Assembly (NCBI GenBank): GCA_902616715.1 | Contig: CACMTR010000004.1 | Location: 28-64,027 of the forward strand | DNA: 64,000 nucleotides | From: an uncultured SAR86 cluster bacterium | Lineage (GTDB): Bacteria > Pseudomonadota > Gammaproteobacteria > Magnimaribacterales > AG-339-G14 | Direction of reading: 5' to 3' | Shown here: positions 53,292-63,466 of the stretch, one piece after another | How positions within the stretch are numbered: the first letter of the stretch is position 1 | How the letters are laid out: every line of letters begins with the position of its first letter | Translations under genes and position numbers: made by a program | The notes under the pieces: generated by a model | What the model was told of the DNA's origin: nothing | The model's database searches: none | What the model saw: only the letters and a program-made list of their open reading frames with translations

Positions 53292-55715
53292 TTACCAAGA
53301 AATTTTTTCTCGTAACAGAATTTTGTGTGAAGAGGAACCAATCAATATTTCGTGATCTCCTTTTTTTATTTTCCAACTTTTTGAAGAGACGTCCCAATAA
53401 GAAAAATTTCTTTTATTAAGTTTTAATTTAATACGCTTAGTTTGTCCTTTCTTTATTTTAATTTTCTTGAAATTTTGTAAGGTCTTAATGGGTTCTTCTT
53501 TATCTGTTATTGGACTGCTTATATAACATTGAATAATTTCCTTTCCGTCAAATTTACCGACATTTGAAACCTCTAAACAACATAAAACCTTTCCAGCCTT
53601 ATGTTCAATTTTTAAATTTTTATACTCATAATTAGTGTAAGAAAGACCATGACCAAAAGGGAATAATGGTTTAATTTCTTTTTTTTCATACCATCGGTGC
53701 CCGATTAATAATTTCTCCTCATAATTCATTTGAGAATTTTCACCGGGATAAGATGAAAAAGCCGGTGTGTCTTCAATTTTATTAGGAAAGGTCGTGGGCA
53801 GTTTTCCAGAAGGATTTGTTTTTCCAAAAATGATATCCATTAAAGCGTTTCCATACTCTTGACCACCAAACCATGATTGGATTATAGCTTTAGGTTTCTT
53901 AGACCAAGACATACTTACTGGAGCACCGGTGTTTAAAACCACGACACAATTAGAATTAATATCGGTAATTTGATTAATTAGCTCATCCTGATTACATGGC
54001 AATTCAAGACTTTTTCTATCATGGCCTTCAGTTTCCCAATCGGAATTAGTTCCTGCAACTACAATTAAGATATCTGCTGTCTCAGCTAATTTTTTTGCTT
54101 CATCTAATAAATTCAATTTATCAGGCGGTAGACAGCCGAATTGAACTGCAGGAAATCTACCCTCAAAGGAGTAAATGATCTCAATTAAATACTTTTTATT
54201 TTTTTCTAATGTTTGCTTAGATTTTCTAGGTTCACTACCAAAAGAAAAGAAAGCTTCTCCAGGCATAATGTCGTTTGCATTATCAATTATTTGCTCGCCA
54301 TCAATTTTCATAAAACATGGTCCAATTCCAAATACTTCAAATTCATGGATTCCTTGAACATCCGGGACATATTCACATGAAAACCTTACTTTGATATTGG
54401 GCCTTTCTTCTCGATTGATAATATCTTTTGCAAAACCATCAAAAACCCAGAATTTATTACCTTTGAGTATTTCTGTCTTGAGAAGGTTTGATTGATCTAT
54501 TTCGCTATCAAAATATTCAACTTTAAATCCTTTGGAATCAATAAATAAAGATTCATCAAACTTAGGGAGATATTTATGAGTATGAGTTCCTTTCGAGTAG
54601 GAAATATCATTATCTTTCATATGTTCTTTCAAAGCTTCTAGAGGATGAACTTGATAGTGAGGTTTTAAGCTTGCACTTCCACCTCCAATGATTTGACTAA
54701 CTTTTGCATTAGGACCTATTACAGCAATAGTTTTATCTTTATGGTTAGTTAAAGGCAAAAAATTTTCATTTTTCAATAAGACCATGCCTTCGCTAGCGCA
54801 TTTTCTCAATAACTTTTTATGAGACTTTCTATTGTTTTCTTTTTCGGGTTTATTCTCTGGAGAATCGGTTCTACCAGTAAATTCCATTGTTGTTAGAATC
54901 CTTCTAACTTTGTCATCAATTAGTTCTTGAGACACCTCTTTTTTTTCAACAGCCTCTTTAAGTTTTTCTCCCCAAGTATGCCCTGGCCCAGGCATTTCCA
55001 TATCTAAACCACCTTTTGCATTTTCAATAGTTTCTAAGGCAGCCCCCCAATCACTAACAACGTATCCATCAAAACCCCATTCTTTCTTTAAGACTTTCAC
55101 TAATAAATCTTCATTTGAACTACAGTAAATATTATTTAGTTTGTTATATGCTGACATTACAGACTTTGCTTTGGCTTTTTTTATGCCCATTTCAAATGGT
55201 AAAAGATAAACTTCTCTTAAAGTCCTTTCATCTAAGTTAGAACTTACTGTGTGTCTTTCAAATTCTGTGTCATTAGCAACAAAGTGCTTTAGGCAGGCTG
55301 AAACTTTTTTTGATTGAACACCTTTGACATATGCCACAGCAATTTCTGCAGTTAAGAACGGATCTTCAGAAAAATTCTCAAAATGTCTTCCACCTAAAGG
55401 ATGTCTATGAAGATTTATAGTTGGTCCAAGAAGAACGTCTACATCCTTATCTAAAGCTTCTTCGCCTAAAGCTGAGCCAATTTTTTTAATTAATTTTTTG
55501 TTCCATGTAGATCCCATCGAGATTGGGCAGGGGAAGCAAGCAGAGCTTTTCCCAGAAGTAGAATCACCTCTTACTCCATTGGGTCCATCGGACATTTTCA
55601 TACTTGGAATTTTAAGCCTTGGTATTTTGTTGGAATACCATGAGTTGAAACCAGTTAATAGGGAAATTTTTTCTTCTAAGGTGAGTTCTTTTACTAATGT
55701 ATTTATATCAGGCAT
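53292..55715 (-). CDS. glycoside hydrolase family 3 beta-glucosidase with inserted PA14-like domain, no signal peptide
   Basis: LTLEEKISLL, GPNGVR, GYVVSDWGA (nucleophile Asp), FGHGLSYT. An insert of about 150 aa (FKVEYFDSE...IEIIYSF) lies between the GH3 domains. Confidence 0.9.
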   Translation of the reverse strand: MPDINTLVKELTLEEKISLLTGFNSWYSNKIPRLKIPSMKMSDGPNGVRGDSTSGKSSACFPCPISMGSTWNKKLIKKIGSALGEEALDKDVDVLLGPTINLHRHPLGGRHFENFSEDPFLTAEIAVAYVKGVQSKKVSACLKHFVANDTEFERHTVSSNLDERTLREVYLLPFEMGIKKAKAKSVMSAYNKLNNIYCSSNEDLLVKVLKKEWGFDGYVVSDWGAALETIENAKGGLDMEMPGPGHTWGEKLKEAVEKKEVSQELIDDKVRRILTTMEFTGRTDSPENKPEKENNRKSHKKLLRKCASEGMVLLKNENFLPLTNHKDKTIAVIGPNAKVSQIIGGGSASLKPHYQVHPLEALKEHMKDNDISYSKGTHTHKYLPKFDESLFIDSKGFKVEYFDSEIDQSNLLKTEILKGNKFWVFDGFAKDIINREERPNIKVRFSCEYVPDVQGIHEFEVFGIGPCFMKIDGEQIIDNANDIMPGEAFFSFGSEPRKSKQTLEKNKKYLIEIIYSFEGRFPAVQFGCLPPDKLNLLDEAKKLAETADILIVVAGTNSDWETEGHDRKSLELPCNQDELINQITDINSNCVVVLNTGAPVSMSWSKKPKAIIQSWFGGQEYGNALMDIIFGKTNPSGKLPTTFPNKIEDTPAFSSYPGENSQMNYEEKLLIGHRWYEKKEIKPLFPFGHGLSYTNYEYKNLKIEHKAGKVLCCLEVSNVGKFDGKEIIQCYISSPITDKEEPIKTLQNFKKIKIKKGQTKRIKLKLNKRNFSYWDVSSKSWKIKKGDHEILIGSSSHKILLREKISW

Positions 55716-55729
55716 GAGATTAGCTCGAA

Positions 55730-55996
55730 TTAAATCTCTGTAAAACCTGAAGCTGTATCGTGATTTTTATTATCAAGAAATAAGTCAAGTTGAGCATTAA
55801 GATATTCTCTGTCATCTTTCTTTGAGAGGTCCAATTGCTTCTCATTTATAAGTGTTGTTTGAAGTATCACCCATTCATCCCATGCTTTTTTAGAAACTGA
55901 GTTGAAAAGCTCTTCACCTTTTGGACCCGGATATGGAGGTCTTACCATTTTTGGTAAGTCTTCTTTAAATTTTCTGCAAAATACTACTTCACTCAT
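55730..55996 (-). CDS. yggX: Fe(2+)-trafficking / oxidative-damage protection protein YggX
   Basis: VFCRKF...YPG..G..L...SK.AW.EW...QT.LINEK matches E. coli YggX. 4-nt overlap with mutY. Confidence 0.88.
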   Translation of the reverse strand: MSEVVFCRKFKEDLPKMVRPPYPGPKGEELFNSVSKKAWDEWVILQTTLINEKQLDLSKKDDREYLNAQLDLFLDNKNHDTASGFTEI

Positions 55997-57006
55997 ATTT
56001 TATTTAATATTTCTCTTACAGGCTTTGGAACTCCCATATTAACCGAATCAGATATATTTACCCAGTTATAAAGATTTCTATTAATCGATAACCTGTCTTT
56101 GTTTTTAATAGTATAAATCTTTAGAGATATTAAAAGTTTCTTATGCGAAAGATGATGCACAAAGCTAGGAAAATTTTTTTCCACTGGATCAAGATTTTTG
56201 ATCTTATCGAGTGATAAAAATTCTTTTTCAGGAAGTAGCCAAAGATTTTGCCATATTCCTGAATTCTTATTTCTTTTGAGAAGAACTTTAGTTTTTGTCT
56301 TAATTAAAACCCACTCGATTCTTTTTTCTTTTTTTTCTTTTTCATTACGTTTTACAGGTATTTCGTTTTGAATGTTTTTTTCCTTAGCGCAGCAGTCAGT
56401 AACTATCGGACATTTCATACATTCAGGATTTTTCGGCTTGCATATTGTGGCTCCAAGATCCATTAGACCTTGAGAATACTGTTTATGTTTAGTGCTAGGA
56501 AGTAGAATTTTAGCGAACTCTTTTAATGATTTTTCAGTCTTATATTGATTCATGGGCGATTTATTACCTGACATTCTCAATAAAACTCTTTTTACATTTC
56601 CATCAAGAATTACTCCTGGCTTTTTGAATCCAAGCGAAAGTATTGCCCCAGCCGTCGAAAACCCGATCCCTGGAAGCATCATTAAGTCCTCTAGAGTGTC
56701 AGGAAGAGAGCAATTGAAATCTTTTTCTAAAATTACTGCAGTTTTATGAATATTTTTTGCTCTAGAGTAATATCCAAGACCAGACCAAAGGGACAGGACA
56801 TCATCCAAACTAGTTTTTGCCAAACTTTCAATATTAGGAAATTTCGACGTAAAGGTTTCAAAGTAGGGTATTACAGTTTTAACTTGAGTTTGTTGCAGCA
56901 TAATTTCAGAAATCCAGATTTTATAGGGATCTTCAACTTGCCAAGGAAGGTTTTTTCTCCCGCTTACCTCATACCAAGATATAATTTTTTGAGAAAAATT
57001 ATTCAT
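55993..57006 (-). CDS. mutY: A/G-specific adenine DNA glycosylase
   Basis: PYKIWISEIMLQQTQV, HhH-GPD (LPGIGFSTAGAI), Fe-S cluster C-x6-C-x2-C-x5-C, C-terminal Nudix-like domain. Confidence 0.92.
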   Translation of the reverse strand: MNNFSQKIISWYEVSGRKNLPWQVEDPYKIWISEIMLQQTQVKTVIPYFETFTSKFPNIESLAKTSLDDVLSLWSGLGYYSRAKNIHKTAVILEKDFNCSLPDTLEDLMMLPGIGFSTAGAILSLGFKKPGVILDGNVKRVLLRMSGNKSPMNQYKTEKSLKEFAKILLPSTKHKQYSQGLMDLGATICKPKNPECMKCPIVTDCCAKEKNIQNEIPVKRNEKEKKEKRIEWVLIKTKTKVLLKRNKNSGIWQNLWLLPEKEFLSLDKIKNLDPVEKNFPSFVHHLSHKKLLISLKIYTIKNKDRLSINRNLYNWVNISDSVNMGVPKPVREILNKI

Positions 57007-57047
57007 AAACTTATTTTAAATCCTGTGCTCCGTTATAATAGCTCTTT

Positions 57048-57635
57048 ATGAGAAAAATAGATTTAGAAAGAAATACGAAAGAAACTCAAATCTCTTTATC
57101 GTTAAATTTAGATGGTAGTGGAAAAAGTGACCATGAAATTGATTTGCCATTTTTTTCCCATATGCTTGAACAAGTTTCAAAGCATGGCGATTTTGATATC
57201 GATTTATCTGCAACTGGCGATCTTGAAGTAGATGCTCATCACACAGTAGAGGACGTAGGAATTTGTATGGGAGATGCATTTAATAAAGCTTTAGGCGAAA
57301 AAAAAGGCATCAAAAGATTTGGTTCTGCATATGCTCCATTAGATGAAGCTTTGTCGAGAGTAGTTGTGGACTTTTCAGGCAGACCTGGTTTAAGTTGGAA
57401 TGTAGAGTTTACAAAAGACACTATAAATGACTTTGATTTACAACTGCTAAGAGAATTTTTTCAGGGTTTTACAAATAAAGCCCTCGCGACAATACATATT
57501 GATAATTTAAAAGGTATAAATGCTCATCATCAAGCTGAAACAATTTTTAAAGCTTTTGCATTGGCGCTTAAACAAGCGTGCGCTCTTGATGAGGCTAAAA
57601 TTGACCAAATCCCCTCTACCAAAGGCTCCCTTTAG
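57048..57635 (+). CDS. hisB: imidazoleglycerol-phosphate dehydratase
   Basis: RNTKETQI, HMLEQ, DAHHTVED, NAHHQAE motifs. Monofunctional length (195 aa). Confidence 0.93.
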   Translation: MRKIDLERNTKETQISLSLNLDGSGKSDHEIDLPFFSHMLEQVSKHGDFDIDLSATGDLEVDAHHTVEDVGICMGDAFNKALGEKKGIKRFGSAYAPLDEALSRVVVDFSGRPGLSWNVEFTKDTINDFDLQLLREFFQGFTNKALATIHIDNLKGINAHHQAETIFKAFALALKQACALDEAKIDQIPSTKGSL

Positions 57636-57650
57636 GAGGTTTTTTTCATA

Positions 57651-58262
57651 ATGCAAATTGGTATCGTAGATTATGGTGCAAGTAATATTTTTTCTGTTCT
57701 TAGAGCAATAAGTTTTCTAGGAGCCAAAGCAAAAATAGTAGCTAATCCTGAAGAATTAAAATCTATTGATAAGATAATTCTTCCAGGTCAAGGATCAATG
57801 GGTTCCTGCATTAATAACCTAAAAAAAAATGATCTATTTGAAAGTTTAAAAAAGGCGTTATCTGAAAAACCGTATTTGGGAATTTGTTTGGGCTTACAAG
57901 TTTTATTTTCTCTAAGTGAGGAATCTCCAAGAGATAAGGGATTAAATATCTTTCCAGAAAAAGTAGAACGACTTACTAAAAAAGGGAATTTAAAGATTCC
58001 TCACATGGGGTGGAATCAAGTTGAATTCAAGAAAGATCACTTTATAAATAATGATATTCCCAATTTAAGCAATTTTTATTTTGTCCACTCTTATGCTTCA
58101 AAAAAACTTAATGAAAAAAATATTTTCTCTCAAACTGAGCATGGAGAGATTTTTAATTCTGCAGTTCTCCATGAGAATATAATTGGTGTTCAGTTTCATC
58201 CTGAAAAAAGCGGCGATCCTGGATTAAAATTTTTAAAAAACTTTATTGATTGGAAAATATGA
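57651..58262 (+). CDS. hisH: imidazole glycerol phosphate synthase, glutaminase subunit
   Basis: LPGQGS, GICLGLQ (nucleophile Cys), FHPEKS. Confidence 0.93.
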   Translation: MQIGIVDYGASNIFSVLRAISFLGAKAKIVANPEELKSIDKIILPGQGSMGSCINNLKKNDLFESLKKALSEKPYLGICLGLQVLFSLSEESPRDKGLNIFPEKVERLTKKGNLKIPHMGWNQVEFKKDHFINNDIPNLSNFYFVHSYASKKLNEKNIFSQTEHGEIFNSAVLHENIIGVQFHPEKSGDPGLKFLKNFIDWKI

Positions 58263-58981
58263 TTCCCATCCCTGCAATAGATATTCAAAATGGAAAATGT
58301 GTCAGATTACAAAAAGGTGATCTTGATTCAACAAAAATTTACTTTGATGATCCAACTGACGCGGCCGAGCATTGGATAAGTCTGGGCGCTAAACGAATCC
58401 ATTTAGTAGATCTTGATGGGGCTTATAATGGAAAGTCTACAAATTTTGCAGCAATAGAAAAAATTAAAAAATCTTTTCCAGATATTTTTTTTCAACTGGG
58501 TGGCGGGATAAGAAATCTCGACACCTTGAAGAATTACGAGAATTTAGGTATCGATTATTTTATTTTGGGCAGTGTTGCAATTACAGATAAAGACTTTTTC
58601 ATGAATGCTTGCGAAATGTACCCTAAAAAAATTATTTTAGGATTGGATGCAAAGAAAGGCTTTGTTGCAACCGAGGCTTGGACAAAAACCTCAGACGTAT
58701 TAGCAACTGATTTAGTAGAAGACTTTAAAGATTTGCCTATTTTCCAGATTATTTATACAGATATCGATAAAGACGGCATGATGATGGGCCCGAACATTGA
58801 AGAAACAAAGAAATTAGCCGAAGCGTCAAAATTTCCAGTTATTGCATCAGGAGGAGTAAGCAGATTGGAAGACTTAGAAAAATTGTCTCTATTAAAAAAT
58901 ATCTACGGAGCTATATGTGGAAAAGCCTTATATGAAGGATCGATTAGTTTAGATGAAATCTTAGAGAGGTTTAATAGTTAA
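58259..58981 (+). CDS. hisA: ProFAR isomerase
   Basis: MIPIPAIDI...GKCVRL, GGGIR, SGGV. The ATG at 58259 in an ATGA overlap with the hisH stop is preferred over the TTG at 58250. Confidence 0.92.
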   Translation: MIPIPAIDIQNGKCVRLQKGDLDSTKIYFDDPTDAAEHWISLGAKRIHLVDLDGAYNGKSTNFAAIEKIKKSFPDIFFQLGGGIRNLDTLKNYENLGIDYFILGSVAITDKDFFMNACEMYPKKIILGLDAKKGFVATEAWTKTSDVLATDLVEDFKDLPIFQIIYTDIDKDGMMMGPNIEETKKLAEASKFPVIASGGVSRLEDLEKLSLLKNIYGAICGKALYEGSISLDEILERFNS

Positions 58982-59745
58982 TGTCACTTACGGCTAGAAT
59001 CATTCCTTGTTTGGATGTAAGAAATGGGCGGGTTGTTAAGGGTATAAATTTTGAAAATATCGTTGATGCTGGCGATCCAGCAGAAGTTGCAAAAAGGTAC
59101 GATCTCGAAGGCGCAGATGAGATATGTATGCTGGACATAGACGCTTCTTATCAAAGGAGATCTACGACTCTGGCTACCGTTGAAGCAATAGCTAATCAAG
59201 TTTTTATACCATTCACAGTGGGCGGAGGAATTAAAAAAATTCAAGACATTGAGGTTCTACTAAAATCTGGAGCGGATAAAGTTTCTATTAATACTTCAGC
59301 AATCTTGGAGCCTGAACTGATACAGCACGCTTCCAGAGAATTTGGTTCACAATGTATTGTTGTTGCAATTGATGCAAAAAAAGAAGGAGACTCATGGTCA
59401 GTTTTTACCCACGGTGGAAAAAACAAAACTCAACTCAATGCAATTGATTGGGCAAAAAAAGTAGCAGATCTAGGAGCGGGTGAAATTTTAATGACTTCAA
59501 TGGACAAGGATGGAACAAAGAGTGGATATGATAACGAATTGAATCAAAGGCTTGCTTCTGCATTAAAAATACCTTTAATAGCATCTGGAGGTGCGGGCGC
59601 TTTAGAACATTTAGTTGACGCTATCAAAATAGGAGAAGCAGATGCAGTCTTGGCTGCAAGTATTTTTCATTACAAAGAAATCTCAATTGAAAGAGTAAAA
59701 CAAGAGCTTTTGAAAAATAAGATATCTGTAAGATCAAACAGTTAA
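58981..59745 (+). CDS. hisF: imidazole glycerol phosphate synthase, cyclase subunit
   Basis: [26 protein letters not shown] motifs. Confidence 0.95.
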   Translation: MSLTARIIPCLDVRNGRVVKGINFENIVDAGDPAEVAKRYDLEGADEICMLDIDASYQRRSTTLATVEAIANQVFIPFTVGGGIKKIQDIEVLLKSGADKVSINTSAILEPELIQHASREFGSQCIVVAIDAKKEGDSWSVFTHGGKNKTQLNAIDWAKKVADLGAGEILMTSMDKDGTKSGYDNELNQRLASALKIPLIASGGAGALEHLVDAIKIGEADAVLAASIFHYKEISIERVKQELLKNKISVRSNS

Positions 59746-60366
59746 TCTTGTAAACCTGTCCTCAAAAAAAGAGTAAATAATTGGTTCGCCAGTTGCAATT
59801 TCAAGCTTAACTATGTCATCAGAGGAAATATTTTCTATCTTTTTTATAAGAGCTCTTAAAGAATTTCCATGAGCAGTTACTAAAATATTTTTTTTCTTAT
59901 CAAGCTCAGGTTTAATAATTTTTTCAAAGTAGGGTAAAACTCTATTCAGGGTATCTTTTAAACTCTCTCCCCCTGGAGGAGGAATATCATAAGAACGTCG
60001 CCAAATATGAACTTGTTCTTCACCCCATTCTTTTCTAGCCTCGTCTTTATTTAAGCCCGATAAATCTCCATAGTCTCTCTCATTAAGAGCAATATTCTTA
60101 AATGTTTCAATTTCTTGTTTTATTTCCTCTTGAATAATTTTTCCAGTTTTTTGAGCTCTCGCTAATTCAGAAGTGAAATGTAAATCAAAACTCAAACCAA
60201 GCGATTTTATTTTCACTCCAGTTTTTCTAGCTTCTTGCCTTCCAAGTTTTGTCAAAGGGGGATTTTTCCAGCCTGTGAAAAGATTTTTTTCATTCCATTC
60301 GCTTTGACCATGCCTTACCAGCACTAAATAATTATTTTTATCTTCAGTCATAGTTAATATTCTCAA
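59734..60366 (-). CDS. gpmA: 2,3-bisphosphoglycerate-dependent phosphoglycerate mutase (short form)
   Basis: [10 protein letters not shown] catalytic His motif, AHGNSLRAL. 3' end overlaps convergent hisF by 12 nt. Confidence 0.9.
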   Translation of the reverse strand: MRILTMTEDKNNYLVLVRHGQSEWNEKNLFTGWKNPPLTKLGRQEARKTGVKIKSLGLSFDLHFTSELARAQKTGKIIQEEIKQEIETFKNIALNERDYGDLSGLNKDEARKEWGEEQVHIWRRSYDIPPPGGESLKDTLNRVLPYFEKIIKPELDKKKNILVTAHGNSLRALIKKIENISSDDIVKLEIATGEPIIYSFFEDRFTRLTV

Positions 60367-60387
60367 ATACGTTATGATACTCCTCTA

Positions 60388-60795
60388 ATGCCTTATTTCT
60401 TTGAATTTTTAATAACAAATTGGTTTCTAGTGCTTCCTTTAGTGGTAGCTATCTCTTTATTTTTTTACTCTGAGAATTCTAGAAAAGCTACAAAATTAGA
60501 TCCTCAAGAAGTAATTTTTCAACTAAATAATAAAGATGCTCTATTGATTGATTTAAGAAATGAAAAAGAATTTTCAAAGGGAAAAATTAGCCAAGCTATA
60601 TACGTGGGCCCTGACTTAGAAAACTGTAAAAAAGAAATTGAAAAAAATTCGGAAAAACCCATAGTGCTTTTTTGTCAAAACGGTAATAAATCTGATGAGT
60701 TTTCAAAAGAATTAAAAAAATCTGGAACGGATACTTTTATTCTTAAAGGGGGTATTAATTCTTGGACGGCAGATGGATTACCATTGTTGGATTAG
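60388..60795 (+). CDS. membrane-anchored rhodanese-domain sulfurtransferase
   Basis: N-terminal TM, LIDLRNEKEF, active-site loop CQNGNKS. Confidence 0.8.
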   Translation: MPYFFEFLITNWFLVLPLVVAISLFFYSENSRKATKLDPQEVIFQLNNKDALLIDLRNEKEFSKGKISQAIYVGPDLENCKKEIEKNSEKPIVLFCQNGNKSDEFSKELKKSGTDTFILKGGINSWTADGLPLLD

Positions 60796-60818
60796 AATAA
60801 TTTAAAGTTATAAAAGAT

Positions 60819-62216
60819 TTAAAAATCTAATTCTTGCATTTTTCGAGCTAGAGTATTTCTACCCCAACCTAAAAGTTTTGCGGCTTCGCTTTTTTTACCT
60901 TTAGAAGCTTTTAAAGCAACTTTGATGAGGGTTTTTTCAAATATGGGAACGGTAGAGTTGAGAATATGATCCTCACCATTTAATAACTCCTTTGAAGCCC
61001 ATGTTTCCAACATATCGTTCCAGGTTAAGTCAGGTCCCTTTTTTTGAATAATTAAATCATTGGGTAAGTCAGCAATGACAATTTCTTGAGCTGAAGAAAG
61101 TACCGTCAAAGAGTGACATAAATTTTGGAGTTGCAATACGTTGCCAGGCCAAATTAGATTTCTAAACAGTTCTTCAACTTCATTAGATAAAATCTTTGGT
61201 TCGGAATTTAATTCTTCACTGTATTTATTAAGAAAATAGTTTGCCAACAAAGGGATGTCTTCTTTTCTTTCTCTCAAAGGAGGCAAAGCAATTCTGATTA
61301 CATTCAAGCGATGAAATAGATCTTCTCTAAAAGCTCCAGATTTTACTTTGTCATTCAAGTTTTGATTTGTGGCCGCAATAATTCTTACGTCTACTTTTAC
61401 AGGATCAGTTCCACCTATTCTGTAAAACTCACCTGAAGACAATACTCTTAAAATTCTTGTTTGAGTTTCAAAAGGCATATCTCCTATTTCATCTAAAAAA
61501 AGTGTACCTTCATGAGCTTGTTCAAATCTTCCTAATTTTTTTTGTGATGCTCCTGTAAAAGCTCCTTTTTCATATCCAAACAGCTCTGATTCTAATAATT
61601 CAATTGGTATGTCAGCCATATTTAAAGAAATTAATTTTTTATTTTGTCTATCAGAATGTTCGTAAATCGCTCTCGCAACTAATTCTTTACCTGTTCCTGA
61701 CTCTCCATATAAAAGCACTGTGCTACTTGAATGAGATAGTTTTCCTATTGAGTTGAACAAATCTTGCATTACATTCGATTTCCCGATGAGTTTTCCACCT
61801 TTAATATCTATTTCCTCACTGGAAATAGATTTTTTCTGATGCTTTTTTTGCTCGCTTAATGCTTTGGTAATTTTGTCTATTGCCCCATTAAGATCAAATG
61901 GTTTTGCAATGTAGTCCCATGCACCATTTTCGAAAGCTTCTACAGTAGTATCCAAGTCAGAATGAGCTGTCATCATAATCACTGGAATACTAGGATAGTC
62001 ATTTTTAAAAGTATCTAAGAGATCCATACCATCTCTTCCTGGCATTTTAAGATCAGTTAAAAGTACGTGAGGTTTCTCTATGTCCAAGTGATTTACAACT
62101 TCATTTCCGTCTTCAAAAACATTTACATGAAAGCCAGCATCCAAAAGACCTTTTTCGAGTATAAATCTTATAGACTCATCATCATCTGCAATCCAAACTT
62201 TTTTTGGTCTAGGCAT
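60819..62216 (-). CDS. glnG: nitrogen regulation response regulator NtrC (sigma-54 activator)
   Basis: Receiver domain (LLTDLKMPG), AAA+ GESGTGKE, GAFTGA loop, C-terminal Fis-type HTH. Confidence 0.92.
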   Translation of the reverse strand: MPRPKKVWIADDDESIRFILEKGLLDAGFHVNVFEDGNEVVNHLDIEKPHVLLTDLKMPGRDGMDLLDTFKNDYPSIPVIMMTAHSDLDTTVEAFENGAWDYIAKPFDLNGAIDKITKALSEQKKHQKKSISSEEIDIKGGKLIGKSNVMQDLFNSIGKLSHSSSTVLLYGESGTGKELVARAIYEHSDRQNKKLISLNMADIPIELLESELFGYEKGAFTGASQKKLGRFEQAHEGTLFLDEIGDMPFETQTRILRVLSSGEFYRIGGTDPVKVDVRIIAATNQNLNDKVKSGAFREDLFHRLNVIRIALPPLRERKEDIPLLANYFLNKYSEELNSEPKILSNEVEELFRNLIWPGNVLQLQNLCHSLTVLSSAQEIVIADLPNDLIIQKKGPDLTWNDMLETWASKELLNGEDHILNSTVPIFEKTLIKVALKASKGKKSEAAKLLGWGRNTLARKMQELDF

Positions 62217-63321
62217 TTAATTCCTCCCTTAAAAATCCTGAATTATCTTCAATTGGTAAAATCACAGAAAAGGTCGTACCTTTTGAGTTACTTACGCAAT
62301 CTATTTCACCTTTGTGCTGATTAATTATCCCTCTGGCTATTGCTAAACCAAGACCAGAAGTAATTTCTTTTGTAGATACTAATGGAAAAAAAATTGAGTC
62401 TATCAAATCATCTGGTATCCCAGGACCATTGTCTGAAATCTCTATCAGGCATGCAGATTTATAATATGATTTATTCAAGAAAGTTTCATACATAATTCTT
62501 GTTCTTAAAATTAGCTTATTGCCCTTTTTACTTGCGTCGATTGCTTCAACAGAATTCCTAGCCAAGTTATAGAAAACTTGACCCAGAAGGTTATCGTCAA
62601 CATTAAGTAAAGGAATACTGGGGTCATAATCCCTCTCTACAGAAATTTCTGCAAGATTTAACGAATCAACAAAGTTGGGTATTTTTTCAAGTATGCTATG
62701 AACATTAAAAGGTTTGGGATTAAGTTGAAAATTCTTTTTTGAAACTTGATCTATAATCTTAGCTATTCTGTCTGTTTCCTTGAGAATTATATTTAAGAAT
62801 TCTTGATTTTCAGGATTATCTACTTTGTTCATTAATAATTGTGCCGATCCTTTGATTCCACTTAAAGGATTTTTTATTTCATGTGCCAATACTTTTGAAA
62901 AAGCATTAGTTATAACATCTCCCTTAAATCTTCGCTCCCTTTTTGATTCAATGGATGTCTTATCTGCGCTGAAGAATTCAAAAACGATAAATTCATCTCC
63001 TTTATCATCTTCGAAATAAGTGGCTAAGAAAGAAGTTTTCTTTTTAAGATTATTGTCTAAAAATAATGTAGTTATATGCCTTTTCAGATGGCTCTTATTT
63101 TCAAATAACTCTTTAAGCTCTAAATCATTTTTGGGTTTTTCAGAAAAAATTTCAGATATATCTTTATTTTCAGCTTTTTCAAAAGAAGTATTTAGAAAAT
63201 CTTCAGCAGCCTTATTGAGATATATGACTTGAAGTTTTCTATTAGCAATCAAAATTTTTGAAGAAAGAAAATCTAAGGCTAAGTTCGAGAAGGATTTTGA
63301 TTTATTTGTCATACCAAACAA
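62209..63321 (-). CDS. glnL: nitrogen regulation sensor histidine kinase NtrB
   Basis: PAS-like N-terminus, H-box AHEIKNPLSGIKG, N/G boxes (NLARNSVEA, DNGPGIP, GLGLAI). 8-nt overlap with ntrC. Confidence 0.88.
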   Translation of the reverse strand: MFGMTNKSKSFSNLALDFLSSKILIANRKLQVIYLNKAAEDFLNTSFEKAENKDISEIFSEKPKNDLELKELFENKSHLKRHITTLFLDNNLKKKTSFLATYFEDDKGDEFIVFEFFSADKTSIESKRERRFKGDVITNAFSKVLAHEIKNPLSGIKGSAQLLMNKVDNPENQEFLNIILKETDRIAKIIDQVSKKNFQLNPKPFNVHSILEKIPNFVDSLNLAEISVERDYDPSIPLLNVDDNLLGQVFYNLARNSVEAIDASKKGNKLILRTRIMYETFLNKSYYKSACLIEISDNGPGIPDDLIDSIFFPLVSTKEITSGLGLAIARGIINQHKGEIDCVSNSKGTTFSVILPIEDNSGFLREELNA

Positions 63322-63418
63322 GTTGTAAAAACTGTTTTTTAAAAACAGCTAAAATTTTAAAAAGCTTACCTAGTTTCGCAAAAGATCTTCTCATCGTAAA
63401 TTTTGTCCGATTTAAAAC

Positions 63419-63446
63419 AGTTCTTCTGTCTTGTGACAGAAGAACT
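63419..63446 (-). terminator. hairpin downstream of the glutamine synthetase gene (probable terminator/attenuating structure)
   Basis: Perfect 12-bp stem AGTTCTTCTGTC / GACAGAAGAACT with a 4-nt loop, followed on the minus strand by GTTTTAAAT (only a moderately T-rich tail). Confidence 0.55.
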
Positions 63447-63466
63447 ATTCAAAATACTTTCAGTTT

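Noticed and set aside
63322-63466. Sigma-54 promoter (GG-N10-GC) or NtrC palindrome between the GSII gene and ntrB. Also small ORFs at 63258-63594.
   Set aside because: No TGGCAC-N5-TTGCA-like element and no TGCACC-type inverted repeat was found by eye on either strand. The AT-only palindrome at 63332-63348 is too weak. The ORFs overlap gene ends and are low complexity.
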